A stretch of 32,537 nucleotides of DNA from Nemertoderma westbladi (Eukaryota; Animalia; Xenacoelomorpha): positions 1-32,537 of the forward strand of contig JAUCBJ010003253.1 of NCBI GenBank assembly GCA_032718475.1, given 5' to 3'. Below the pieces are notes generated by a model, which did no database searches, was not told where the DNA came from, and saw only the letters and a list, made by a program, of their open reading frames with translations. A program made the translations under genes and the position numbers. This document shows positions 12,859 through 23,300 of the stretch, in pieces (positions within the stretch are counted from its first letter, which is position 1; each line of letters starts with the position of its first letter).

Positions 12859-13515
12859 TCATAATTCTAACAAACTATAGTCATTCACGACATGCGTCGG
12901 CGGAGAATATTGTTGATCAGGGGAAGGCGATCGCAAACATTCCAAGCTATTGCCCAGCAACTCATTTGTACGGCGCGACTCTTCCAAGAGTTTCTGCATA
13001 ATCACCGTCTGAGAATCGCATAATTGCTTAAATTCTGCGCCAGGCTTAGATTTTTTAGCTATTGAAGCATTGTCTGGCGATTTCGGTACTGGTCGTCGTA
13101 AAACAACACCGCTCTCATCCCTAACAAATTTTGGGGCAACTGTTGAACCGTACTTTTGTGTTCTTTGCTCTATTTCACCAGCCATTTCGAATAGCTTCTC
13201 ACTTCCATATATTGAGAGTTCGTACTTATCGTCATTTTCATCGAGACCTCCCTCTCCTGCCCCTGTCGCGCTGGCAGACACTAATTTACGGCGATATTCT
13301 TTCATGATGTTGTCAAAACGCGTGAACAGCTGTATGTTTGTGCGTCCTGCTTTGTTGCGTAATTCTGAAAATGGATGTTAATTGAATAGTTTCAGGCGTA
13401 ATGTTCTGTTACCCTGTGTTTTCCTGAGCTTTTCTGTATTTTGAATAACTATATTCAGTAACTCTACCGATTCTGAAATGGTAAATAATTTTCGCTTCAG
13501 TGTTACAGCCGACAT
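12859..13515 (-). pseudogene. Myb/SANT-like (trihelix/MADF-type) DNA-binding protein of a Harbinger-type element, one in-frame stop
   Basis: From ATG 13515: MSAVTLKRKLFTISESVELLNIV...LFN*HPFSELRNKAGRTNIQLFTRFDNIMKEYRRKLVSASATGAG, in frame with the listed 148-aa ORF; TAA at 13378-13380. RTxxQxxxRFxNIxKxYRR..TGAG resembles the Myb/SANT-like recognition helix. Confidence 0.7.
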
Positions 13516-13583
13516 GTTACTTGAAAGATACAATGTTTAACTGCGGTACAGTTTGTAATTATTTATAATAATTTGATTTAATA

Positions 13584-13954
13584 TACAGTAATACCGGTAA
13601 CTGTATGCACCATAGATATTCTTTCAGTAAATGGTAGCAATTCCAAATTCTAAAGTGAAAGTAAATAGTACCACGCGGTTAATCACAACAAAGACCAGTA
13701 ATGCATACAGTAATACCGGTAACTGTATGCACCATAGATATGCTTTCAGTAAATGGTAGCAATTCCAAATTCTAAAGTGAAAGTAAATAGTACCACGCGG
13801 TTAATCACAACAAAGACCAGTAATGCATACAGTAATACGGGTAACTGTATGCACCATAGATATGCTTTCAGTAAATGGTAGCAATTCCAAATGATAAAGT
13901 GAAAGTAAATAGTACCACGCGGTTAATCACAACAAACACCAGTAATGCATACAG
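13584..13954. repeat. Three tandem copies of a 122-bp unit in the right TIR (one copy in the left TIR)
   Basis: TACAGTAATAC(C/G)GGTAACTGTATGCACC starts at 13584, 13706 and 13828. Confidence 0.95.
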
Positions 13955-14445
13955 GTACTAACTACAGTTAGTACTGGTACTTGTAGCACGTCCTTCTGTA
14001 CTATAATAATTACAGTAGGCCTTGCTTGGAACCTGTATTAATTAAGTGGCTGCCAGTAATATTTACTGGAAAAGTACTGTACATTAGGCTCTTTTATTGT
14101 TCAAAATAAACTAAAAGTATATTTAAAACACTAAACCTTCCACTCCCAGTAGATACTGTACATACTGACATATATGATTAAAATTACATTTCGTTCAAAG
14201 TGGTAAGTTTTTTTTGTTTATGAGTAGTAAAACAACAAACAAACAAATGTTTTTCCAGTAAGAACCGATACCGACTAAAAATTAAAATTAAATTATTATT
14301 TTGAACTTACTTAATGATTACTTAAAAATTAAAATCATTATTTATTAAAAACCCCTTTAAATTAAATCATTATTTAGTAAGATACATTAATAAATTACTG
14401 TATTTATTATTGATACCACAGAACCATCCTTCCTAGTCTGAACCT

Positions 14446-14511
14446 CAATCCAAATCCGAATCTCAATCCAAATCCAAATCCGAATTTCAATCCAAATCCA
14501 AATCCAAATCC
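14446..14511. repeat. (ATCCAA)n-type microsatellite expansion in the right TIR
   Basis: CAATCCAAATCCGAAT...CCAAATCCAAATCCAAATCC; only a short seed in the left arm at 11857-11870. Confidence 0.85.
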
Positions 14512-14680
14512 GATATATGAACTGGCCTAGTGGAGGACCACCCACACAGTACACCGCAGAATTACAGTCTGCTATGCAATTATTCATATAATATTTCGTT
14601 TTGATTGAGGAATAAATAAATTCATTTCAATTCAGTTGTGAAGTACAAGGCGAAGGCACCGCCGAAAATTTCACTCTGTA

Positions 14681-15055
14681 CCGGTGTACAAGGCTGAGAG
14701 AACTCCCTCTTGAAATGACTCCCCAGTTCTCAGCCTAGGCTGAGATCACTCTTCAGTCGTCTCAGCCTATGGCCTAAGCTAAGAACACTCCCCTTAGGCT
14801 GAGATGACTCCCCTATTTGTGTTATAATTCATATCTGTACCTGTGTTATTTTCGTATATTGCAAAAATAAAACTGTAACATATGTTATTGAGATTTCGTT
14901 TATTGTTTTGGTTAGAAAGCCCGCCACTGTAACCTGCTCCTTTCCGTTAATTAAGAAATCTAGGGAGAAAACTGGAGAGGGGAGTCTTCTCAGCCTAGGC
15001 TGAGAAGACTGGGGAGTCATATTTGGTGGCGAGTTATTTCAGCCTGTTACACCGG
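14681..15055. mobile_element. MITE with ~25-bp imperfect TIRs and TA target duplication (Tc1/mariner-like), copy 2
   Basis: TA|CCGGTGTACAAGGCTGAGAGAACTC ... GAGTTATTTCAGCCTGTTACACCGG|TA, with additional internal inverted repeats (TGACTCCCCAGT / ACTGGGGAGTCA). Confidence 0.8.
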
Positions 15056-15293
15056 TACTCTACTCAGTAGATCTACCAACATTAGTGCAGTACGGTAGTG
15101 GACTAATTCCACACTGGGGTACCTGTTTATCAATAATGTTGTCTTTTGATATCTATCACTACACGACACGAGATTACAATGAGAGGCATTTTAAACTCCG
15201 AGCCGAGCGCACGAAATTATTGACTTAAATAAATGCAATAAAGAACTGATGACTGATAGGATATCAATCAGATCAGATAAAATCGGTAGAATA

Positions 15294-15752
15294 TGTGGCT
15301 GGCCACGAGAAAAGGGACCTTTATGTCGCAAAACCTGATTCTGAGATAATAGCGTTTAAAGTTTCCCTCTATTTTTGAACAAATTTAATTGGATTATCAA
15401 GTTAGAAATGTATAAAACGATGCGGGAAATTCAAATTGGTTCTGATATTCAATATACCTAGGAAAGAACTAATTACAGGAAGCAATATAAGATGTTGCAG
15501 TGTTGTATATAACACTGTTTTAGTGTTTTCATGTCTGAATTTAGGACTTTAATAAAAGTTACTAATACGGGTAGGTAGGAAAAGAGCTACCCGAATCACC
15601 TTCACATAAATCGCTATAACTTTTTTTTGGAAATAGATATTGAGACACTGTTTTTTTTGTTAAAATCTCTATAAAATTCTGCATCTCATAGGCCTAATAA
15701 CTCAAAATCGACCTCCGGTAACATAAGGTCCCTTTTCTCGTGGCCAGCCACA
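15294..15752. mobile_element. 459-bp MITE with 28-bp perfect TIRs, inserted at the start codon of aminotransferase copy 2
   Basis: TGTGGCTGGCCACGAGAAAAGGGACCTT ... AAGGTCCCTTTTCTCGTGGCCAGCCACA. It is absent from copy 1, where the empty site reads GAATATGAC. No clear TSD beyond one A. Confidence 0.93.
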
Positions 15753-17369
15753 ATGACCAATATTGCTGACACATTAGTGGCAGCGCGGGTCCCGAAAACA
15801 AGCGCAAGCATTTGGTGTGTATTCGGAGATGTCTGTCAAGGCAGCGACATCAAAGTGGAACTAACAACAGGAATTCCGGACGACCATGTAGATGACGATG
15901 TCAAGAAAGCCTTCATGGAGACCATCGATGAGATGGCATTGCGACAATTACCCTGCGATGCAACGGGAAGCAATATGGGACTCAAGACTGCACTGTCCGA
16001 GTTCTACAGAGACGCCCTTCTACGCGAGATAAACCCCGATTCCGAGGTGGTGTTAGGGACTGGAGCGAGTGACGTCATACACATGTGCTGCATCGCACTC
16101 ACCCAGGAAGGCGACAACATCGTGCTTATATCGCCCTATTTCGAACTCTACAATAGGATTATTATCAGTAAAGGTGGGAGGCCGTTGTATTCGCCGCTGC
16201 AGGACACGAACGAGACCGCTACAGTGCGACGGACATCAGTAGATATGCGGGTAAACTGGTCCGATCTGGAGGAGAAGTTGTCCCTCCCGCAGACCTCGAT
16301 GCTCATACTCAACACTCCGCACAACCCCACCGGGAAGGTGTTCACCCGTGAGGAGTTACGCCGACTAGCAGCATTGTGCACGACCCACAACGTCGTCTGC
16401 ATCTGCGACGAGGTCTACGAGTTTAACACTTTCGGGACCGCGGTGCACGTGAAGTTGGCGAGTTTCCCGGGGATGTGGGAGCGGTGCGTTACGGTGGGCA
16501 GCCCGGGGAAGGCATTCAACGCGACCGGACTCAAACTTGGATGGGGACTGGGCGACGCACGTTTACTAGCGAGGGTCTCCGCGGTGGTGCGAGCCATAGA
16601 GGGAGGTGGGCCGTCCACGGTGACGCAGAGAGTGGTGGAGAAACTCGTTCGGCGGGAGCTGGAAGGGGCGGGGTTGCTGACTAGGTTGAATCAAAGAAAC
16701 TGTAGTAAACGCGACGCACTGTGCGCCATCCTGAGGGAGTCAGAGATACCGCACTACGAGCCACAGGGTGGCTTGTTCATCATTATCGATATATCGCGAG
16801 TGGGAGATCCACCCAGGACTGATGGTGATGGTGAGAGTGAGAGTGGGACACAGCCCGGGACTGGTGGGACACAGTCCGGGAGTGGTGGGACACAGTCCGG
16901 AACTGGTGGGACACAGACCGGGGGTGGTGGGACACATTCCGGGACTGGTGGGACACAGACCGGGAGTGGTGGGACACAGTCCCGGGATGGAGGGCGTGGG
17001 ACACAGTCTGGGACTGGTGGGTCACATTCCGGGGATTGTGGTACACAGTCCGGAACTGGTGGGACACAGACCGGGGGTGGTGGGACACAGTCCGGGACTG
17101 GTGGGACACAGACTGGGAGTGGTGGGACACAGTCAGGGGATGGTGGGACAGAATTAGAGTCTCACCATGGAGACGTACACGTTGCTATAGCGATAGCTAA
17201 ACATTTGGGACTGGTGTTGCTGCCCGGGTCGATGTTCTTCAACAGCCAATACTGCAGCTCCCGTCGCTGGTTGCGAACCACGTTTATTAAGAACTTAGAA
17301 ACCCTTGAACGTTCCAGGGAACTGTTTCTAGCTCTAGGACGGTGGAACGTTCCAGGGAGCTGTTCCTAG
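15753..17369 (+). CDS. KYAT: Kynurenine aminotransferase / cysteine-S-conjugate beta-lyase-like PLP-dependent aminotransferase (class I/II), 538 aa, intronless, with a Gly/Thr/Gln/Ser repeat insert
   Basis: Uninterrupted ORF with LNTPHNPTGKVFTREEL, DEVY, FPGMWERCVTVGSPGKAFNATGLKLGW, PQGGLFII, LLPGSMFF and WLRTTFIK, colinear with KYAT1/3-type enzymes. Symbol is family-level only. Confidence 0.88.
   Translation: MTNIADTLVAARVPKTSASIWCVFGDVCQGSDIKVELTTGIPDDHVDDDVKKAFMETIDEMALRQLPCDATGSNMGLKTALSEFYRDALLREINPDSEVVLGTGASDVIHMCCIALTQEGDNIVLISPYFELYNRIIISKGGRPLYSPLQDTNETATVRRTSVDMRVNWSDLEEKLSLPQTSMLILNTPHNPTGKVFTREELRRLAALCTTHNVVCICDEVYEFNTFGTAVHVKLASFPGMWERCVTVGSPGKAFNATGLKLGWGLGDARLLARVSAVVRAIEGGGPSTVTQRVVEKLVRRELEGAGLLTRLNQRNCSKRDALCAILRESEIPHYEPQGGLFIIIDISRVGDPPRTDGDGESESGTQPGTGGTQSGSGGTQSGTGGTQTGGGGTHSGTGGTQTGSGGTQSRDGGRGTQSGTGGSHSGDCGTQSGTGGTQTGGGGTQSGTGGTQTGSGGTQSGDGGTELESHHGDVHVAIAIAKHLGLVLLPGSMFFNSQYCSSRRWLRTTFIKNLETLERSRELFLALGRWNVPGSCS
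16843..17152 (+). repeat. Coding 21-bp minisatellite, ~14 units
   Basis: Same unit as 10875-11065, longer, frame preserved. Confidence 0.92.
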
Positions 17370-20300
17370 CTCTAGGGCAGTGGAACGTTCCATGGAACTG
17401 TTTCTAGCTCTAGGACAGAGGAACGTTGCACGGAACTGTTCCTAGCTCTAGGACAGTGGAACGTTCCAGGGAACTGTTCCTAGCTCTAGGCCAGTAAAAA
17501 CGTTCCAGGGAACTGTTCCTAGCTCTAGGACATTGGAACGTTCCAGGGAACTGTTCCTAGCTCTAGGCCAGTAAAAACGTTCCAGGGAACTGTTCCTAGC
17601 TCTAGGACAGTGGAACGTTCCAGGGAACTGTTCCTAGCTCTAGGACATTGGAACGTTCCAGGGAACTGTTCCTAGCTCTAGGCCATTGGAACGTTCCAGG
17701 GAACTGTTCCTAGCTCTAGGACAGTGGAACGTTCCAGGGAACTGTTCCTAGCTCTAGGACATTGGAACGTTCCAGGGAACTGTTCCTAGCTCTAGGCCAG
17801 TAAAAACGTTCCAGGGAACTGTTCCTAGCTCTAGGACAGTGGAACGTTCCAGGGAACTGTTCCTAGCTCTAGGACAGTGGAACGTTCCAGGGAACTGTTC
17901 CTAGCTCTAGGACATTGGAACGTTCCAGGGAACTGTTCCTAGCTCTAGGACATTGGAACGTTCCAGGGAACTGTTCCTAGCTCTAGGACAGTGGAACGTT
18001 CCAGGGAACTGTTCCTAGCTCTAGGACATTGGAACGTTCCAGGGAACTGTTCCTAGCTCTAGGACAGTGGAACGTTCCAGGGAACTGTTCCTAGCTCTAG
18101 GACATTGGAACGTTCCGGGGAACTGTTCCTAGCTCTAGGACATTGGAACGTTCCAGGGAACTGTTCCTAGCTCTAGGACAGTGGAACGTTCCAGGGAACT
18201 GTTCCTAGCTCTAGGACATTGGAACGTTCCAGGGAACTGTTCCTAGCTCTAGGACAGTGGAACGTTGCAGGGAACTGTTCCTAGCTCTAGGACAGTGGAA
18301 CGTTCCAGGGAACTGTTCCTAGCTCTAGGACAGTAAAAACGTTCCAGGGAACTGTTCCTAGCTCTAGGACATTGGAACGTTCCAGGGAACTGTTCCTAGC
18401 TCTAGGACATTGGAACGTTCCAGGGAGCTCTAGGACAGTGGAACGTTCCAGGGAACTGTTCCTAGCTCTAGGCCATTGGAACGTTCCAGGGAACTGTTCC
18501 TAGCTCTAGGACATTGGAACGTTCCAGGGAACTGTTCCTAGCTCTAGGACATTGGAACGTTCCAGGGAGCTCTAGGACAGTGGAACGTTCCAGGGAACTG
18601 TTCCTAGCTCTAGGCCATTGGAACGTTCCAGGGAACTGTTCCTAGCTCTAGGACATTGGAACGTTCCAGGGAACTGTTCCTAGCTCTAGGACAGTGGAAC
18701 GTTCCAGGGAACTGTTCCTAGCTCTAGGACAGTAGAACGTTGCAGGGAACTGTTCCTAGCTCTAGGACAGTGGAACGTTCCAGGGAACTGTTCCTAGCTC
18801 TAGGACATTGGAACGTTCCAGGGAACTGTTCCTAGCTCTAGGACATTGGAACGTTCCAGGGAACTGTTCCTAGCTCTAGGACAGTGGAACGTTCCAGGGA
18901 ACTGTTCCTAGCTCTAGGACAGTGGAACGTTCCAGGGAACTGTTCCTAGCTCTAGGACATTGGAACGTTCCAGGGAACTGTTCCTAGCTCTAGGACATTG
19001 GAACGTTCCAGGGAACTGTTCCTAGCTCTAGGACAGTGGAACGTTCCAGGGAACTGTTCCTAGCTCTAGGACAGTGGAACGTTCCAGGGAACTGTTCCTA
19101 GCTCTAGGACATTGGAACGTTCCAGGGAACTGTTCCTAGCTCTAGGACATTGGAACGTTCCAGGGAACTGTTCCTAGCTCTAGGACATTGGAACGTTCCA
19201 GGGAACTGTTCCTAGCTCTAGGACATTGGAACGTTCCAGGGAACTGTTCCTAGCTCTAGGCCATTGGAACGTTCCAGGGAACTGTTCCTAGCTCTAGGAC
19301 ATTGGAACGTTCCAGGGAACTGTTCCTAGCTCTAGGACAGTGAAAACGTTCCAGGGAACTGTTCCTAGCTCTAGGACATTGGAACGTTCCAGGGAACTGT
19401 TCCTAGCTCTAGGACAGTGGAACGTTCCAGGGAACTGTTCCTAGCTCTAGGACATTGGAACGTTCCAGGGAACTGTTCCTAGCTCTAGGACAGTGGAACG
19501 TTCCAGGGAACTGTTCCTAGCTCTAGGACATTGGAACGTTCCAGGGAACTGTTCCTAGCTCTAGGACAGTGGAACGTTCCAGGGAACTGTTCCTAGCTCT
19601 AGGACATTGGAACGTTCCAGGGAACTGTTCCTAGCTCTAGGACATTGGAACGTTCCAGGGAACTGTTCCTAGCTCTAGGACAGTGGAACGTTCCAGGGAA
19701 CTGTTCCTAGCTCTAGGACATTGGAACGTTCCAGGGAACTGTTCCTAGCTCTAGGACAGTGGAACGTTCCAGGGAGCTGTTCCTAGCTCTAGGACATTGG
19801 AACGTTCCAGGGAGCTCTGGGACATTGGAACGTTCCGGGGAACTGTTCCTAGCTCTAGGACATTGGAACGTTCCAGGGAACTGTTCCTAGCTCTAGGACA
19901 TTGGAACGTTCCAGGGAACTGTTCCTAGCTCTAGGACAGTGGAACGTTCCAGGGAGCTGTTCCTAGCTCTAGGACATTGGAACGTTCCAGGGAGCTCTGG
20001 GACATTGGAACGTTCCGGGGAACTGTTCCTAGCTCTAGGACATTGGAACGTTCCAGGGAACTGTTCCTAGCTCTAGGACATTGGAACGTTCCAGGGAGCT
20101 CTAGGACAGTGGAACGTTCCAGGGAACTGTTCCTAGCTCTAGGACATTGGAACGTTCCAGGGAACTGTTCCTAGCTCTAGGACAGTGGAACGTTCCAGGG
20201 AACTGTTCCTAGCTCTAGGACATTGGAACGTTCCAGGGAACTGTTCCTAGCTCTAGGACATTGGAACGTTCCAGGGAACTGTTCCTAGCTCTAGGACAGT

Positions 20301-23300
20301 GGAACGTTCCAGGGAACTGTTCCTAGCTCTAGGACATTGGAACGTTCCAGGGAACTGTTCCTAGCTCTAGGACAGTGGAACGTTCCAGGGAGCTGTTCCT
20401 AGCTCTAGGACATTGGAACGTTCCAGGGAGCTCTGGGACATTGGAACGTTCCGGGGAACTGTTCCTAGCTCTAGGACATTGGAACGTTCCAGGGAACTGT
20501 TCCTAGCTCTAGGACATTGGAACATTCCAGGGAACTGTTCCTAGCTCTAGGACATTGGAACGTTCCAGGGAACTGTTCCTAGCTCTAGGACATTGGAACG
20601 TTCCAGGGAACTGTTCCTAGCTCTAGGACATTGGAACGTTCCAGGGAACTGTTCCTAGCTCTAGGACATTGGAACGTTCCAGGGAACTGTTCCTAGCTCT
20701 AGGACATTGGAACGTTCCAGGGAACTGTTCCTAGCTCTAGGACAGTGGAACGTTCCAGGGAACTGTTCCTAGCTCTAGGACATTGGAACGTTCCAGGGAA
20801 CTGTTCCTAGCTCTAGGACAGTGGAACGTTCCAGGGAACTGTTCCTAGCTCTAGGACATTGGAACGTTCCAGGGAACTGTTCCTAGCTCTAGGACATTGG
20901 AACATTCCAGGGAACTGTTCCTAGCTCTAGGACAGTGGAACGTTGCAGGGAACTGTTCCTAGCTCTAGGACAGTGAAAACGTTCCAGGGAACTGTTCCTA
21001 GCTCTAGGACAGTGGAACGTTCCAGGGAACTGTTCCTAGCTCTAGGACATTGGAACGTTCCAGGGAACTGTTCCTAGCTCTAGGACATTGGAACGTTCCA
21101 GGGAACTGTTCCTAGCTCTAGGACATTGGAACGTTCCAGGGAACTGTTCCTAGCTCTAGGACATTGGAACGTTCCAGGGAACTGTTCCTAGCTCTAGGAC
21201 ATTGGAACGTTCCAGGGAACTGTTCCTAGCTCTAGGACATTGGAACGTTCCAGGGAACTGTTCCTAGCTCTAGGACATTGGAACGTTCCAGGGAACTGTT
21301 CCTAGCTCTAGGACATTGGAACGTTCCAGGGAACTGTTCCTAGCTCTAGGCCAGTAAAAACGTTCCAGGGAACTGTTCCTAGCTCTAGGACATTGGAACG
21401 TTGCAGGGAACTGTTCCTAGCTCTAGGCCAGTAAAAACGTTCCAGGGAACTGTTCCTAGCTCTAGGACAGTGGAACGTTCCAGGGAACTGTTCCTAGCTC
21501 TAGGACATTGGAACGTTCCAGGGAACTGTTCCTAGCTCTAGGACATTGGAACGTTCCAGGGAACTGTTCCTAGCTCTAGGACATTGGAACGTTCCAGGGA
21601 ACTGTTCCTAGCTCTAGGACATTGGAACGTTCCAGGGAACTGTTCCTAGCTCTAGGCCAGTAAAAACGTTCCAGGGAACTGTTCCTAGCTCTAGGACATT
21701 GGAACGTTGCAGGGAACTGTTCCTAGCTCTAGGCCAGTAAAAACGTTCCAGGGAACTGTTCCTAGCTCTAGGACAGTGGAACGTTCCAGGGAACTGTTCC
21801 TAGCTCTAGGCCAGTAAAAACGTTCCAGGGAACTGTTCCTAGCTCTAGGACAGTGGAACGTTCCAGGGAACTGTTCTTAGCTCTAGGACAGTGGAACGTT
21901 CCAGGGAACTGTTCCTAGCTCTAGGACAGTAGAACGTTGCAGGGAACTGTTCCTAGCTCTAGGACAGTGGAACGTTCCAGGGAACTGTTCCTAGCTCTAG
22001 GACAGTAGAACGTTCCAGGGAACTGTTCCTAGCTCTAGGCCATTGGAACGTTCCAGGGAACTGTTCCTAGCTCTAGGACAGTGGAACGTTCCAGGGAACT
22101 GTTCCTAGCTCTAGGACAGTAGAACGTTCCAGGGAACTGTTCCTAGCTCTAGGCCATTGGAACGTTCCAGGGAACTGTTCCTAGCTCTAGGACATTGGAA
22201 CGTTCCAGGGAACTGTTCCTAGCTCTAGGCCAGTAAAAACGTTCCAGGGAACTGTTCCTAGCTCTAGGACAGTGGAACGTTCCAGGGAACTGTTCCTAGC
22301 TCTAGGCCATTGGAACGTTCCAGGGAACTGTTCCTAGCTCTAGGACAGTGGAACGTTGCAGGGAACTGTTCCTAGCTCTAGGCCAGTAAAAACGTTCCAG
22401 GGAACTGTTCCTAGCTCTAGGCCATTGGAACGTTCCAGGGAACTGTTCCTAGCTCTAGGACAGTGGAACGTTCCAGGGAACTGTTCCTAGCTCTAGGACA
22501 GTGGAACGTTCCAGGGAACTGTTCCTAGCTCTAGGACAGTAGAACGTTGCAGGGAACTGTTCCTAGCTCTAGGACAGTGGAACGTTCCAGGGAACTGTTC
22601 CTAGCTCTAGGACAGTGGAACGTTCCAGGGAACTGTTCCTAGCTCTAGGCCAGTGGAACGTTCCAGGGAACTGTTCCTAGCTCTAGGACAGTGGAACGTT
22701 CCAGGGAACTGTTCCTAGCTCTAGGACAGTGAAAACGTTCCAGGGAACTGTTCCTAGCTCTAGGACATTGGAACGTTCCAGGGAACTGTTCCTAGCTCTA
22801 GGACAGTGGAACGTTCCAGGGAACTGTTCCTAGCTCTAGGACAGTGGAACGTTCCAGGGAACTGTTCCTAGCTCTAGGACATTGGAACGTTCCAGGGAAC
22901 TGTTCCTAGCTCTAGGACATTGGAACGTTCCAGGGAACTGTTCCTAGCTCTAGGACATTGGAACGTTCCAGGGAACTGTTCCTAGCTCTAGGACATTGGA
23001 ACGTTCCAGGGAACTGTTCCTAGCTCTAGGACAGTGGAACGTTCCAGGGAACTGTTCCTAGCTCTAGGACATTGGAACGTTCCAGGGAACTGTTCCTAGC
23101 TCTAGGACAGTGGAACGTTCCAGGGAACTGTTCCTAGCTCTAGGACATTGGAACGTTCCAGGGAACTGTTCCTAGCTCTAGGACAGTGGAACGTTCCAGG
23201 GAACTGTTCCTAGCTCTAGGACAGTGAAAACGTTCCAGGGAACTGTTCCTAGCTCTAGGACATTGGAACGTTCCAGGGAACTGTTCCTAGCTCTAGGACA

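Larger units (their letters stand above)
11841..14528. mobile_element. Non-autonomous PIF/Harbinger-superfamily-like DNA transposon with ~700-bp TIRs (arms 11841-12553 and 13574-14528)
   Basis: Ends AGT|AGGTCAGTTCATATATCGG ... CCGATATATGAACTGGCCT|AGT (3-bp AGT duplication; TA with GG termini is an alternative reading). The arms are reverse complements over their whole length and enclose a Myb/SANT-like gene. Confidence 0.8.

Noticed and set aside
10209-17157. Antisense and alternate-frame ORFs over the aminotransferase copies, including His/Ser-rich ones
   Set aside because: Shadows of a GC-rich CDS and its 21-bp repeat.
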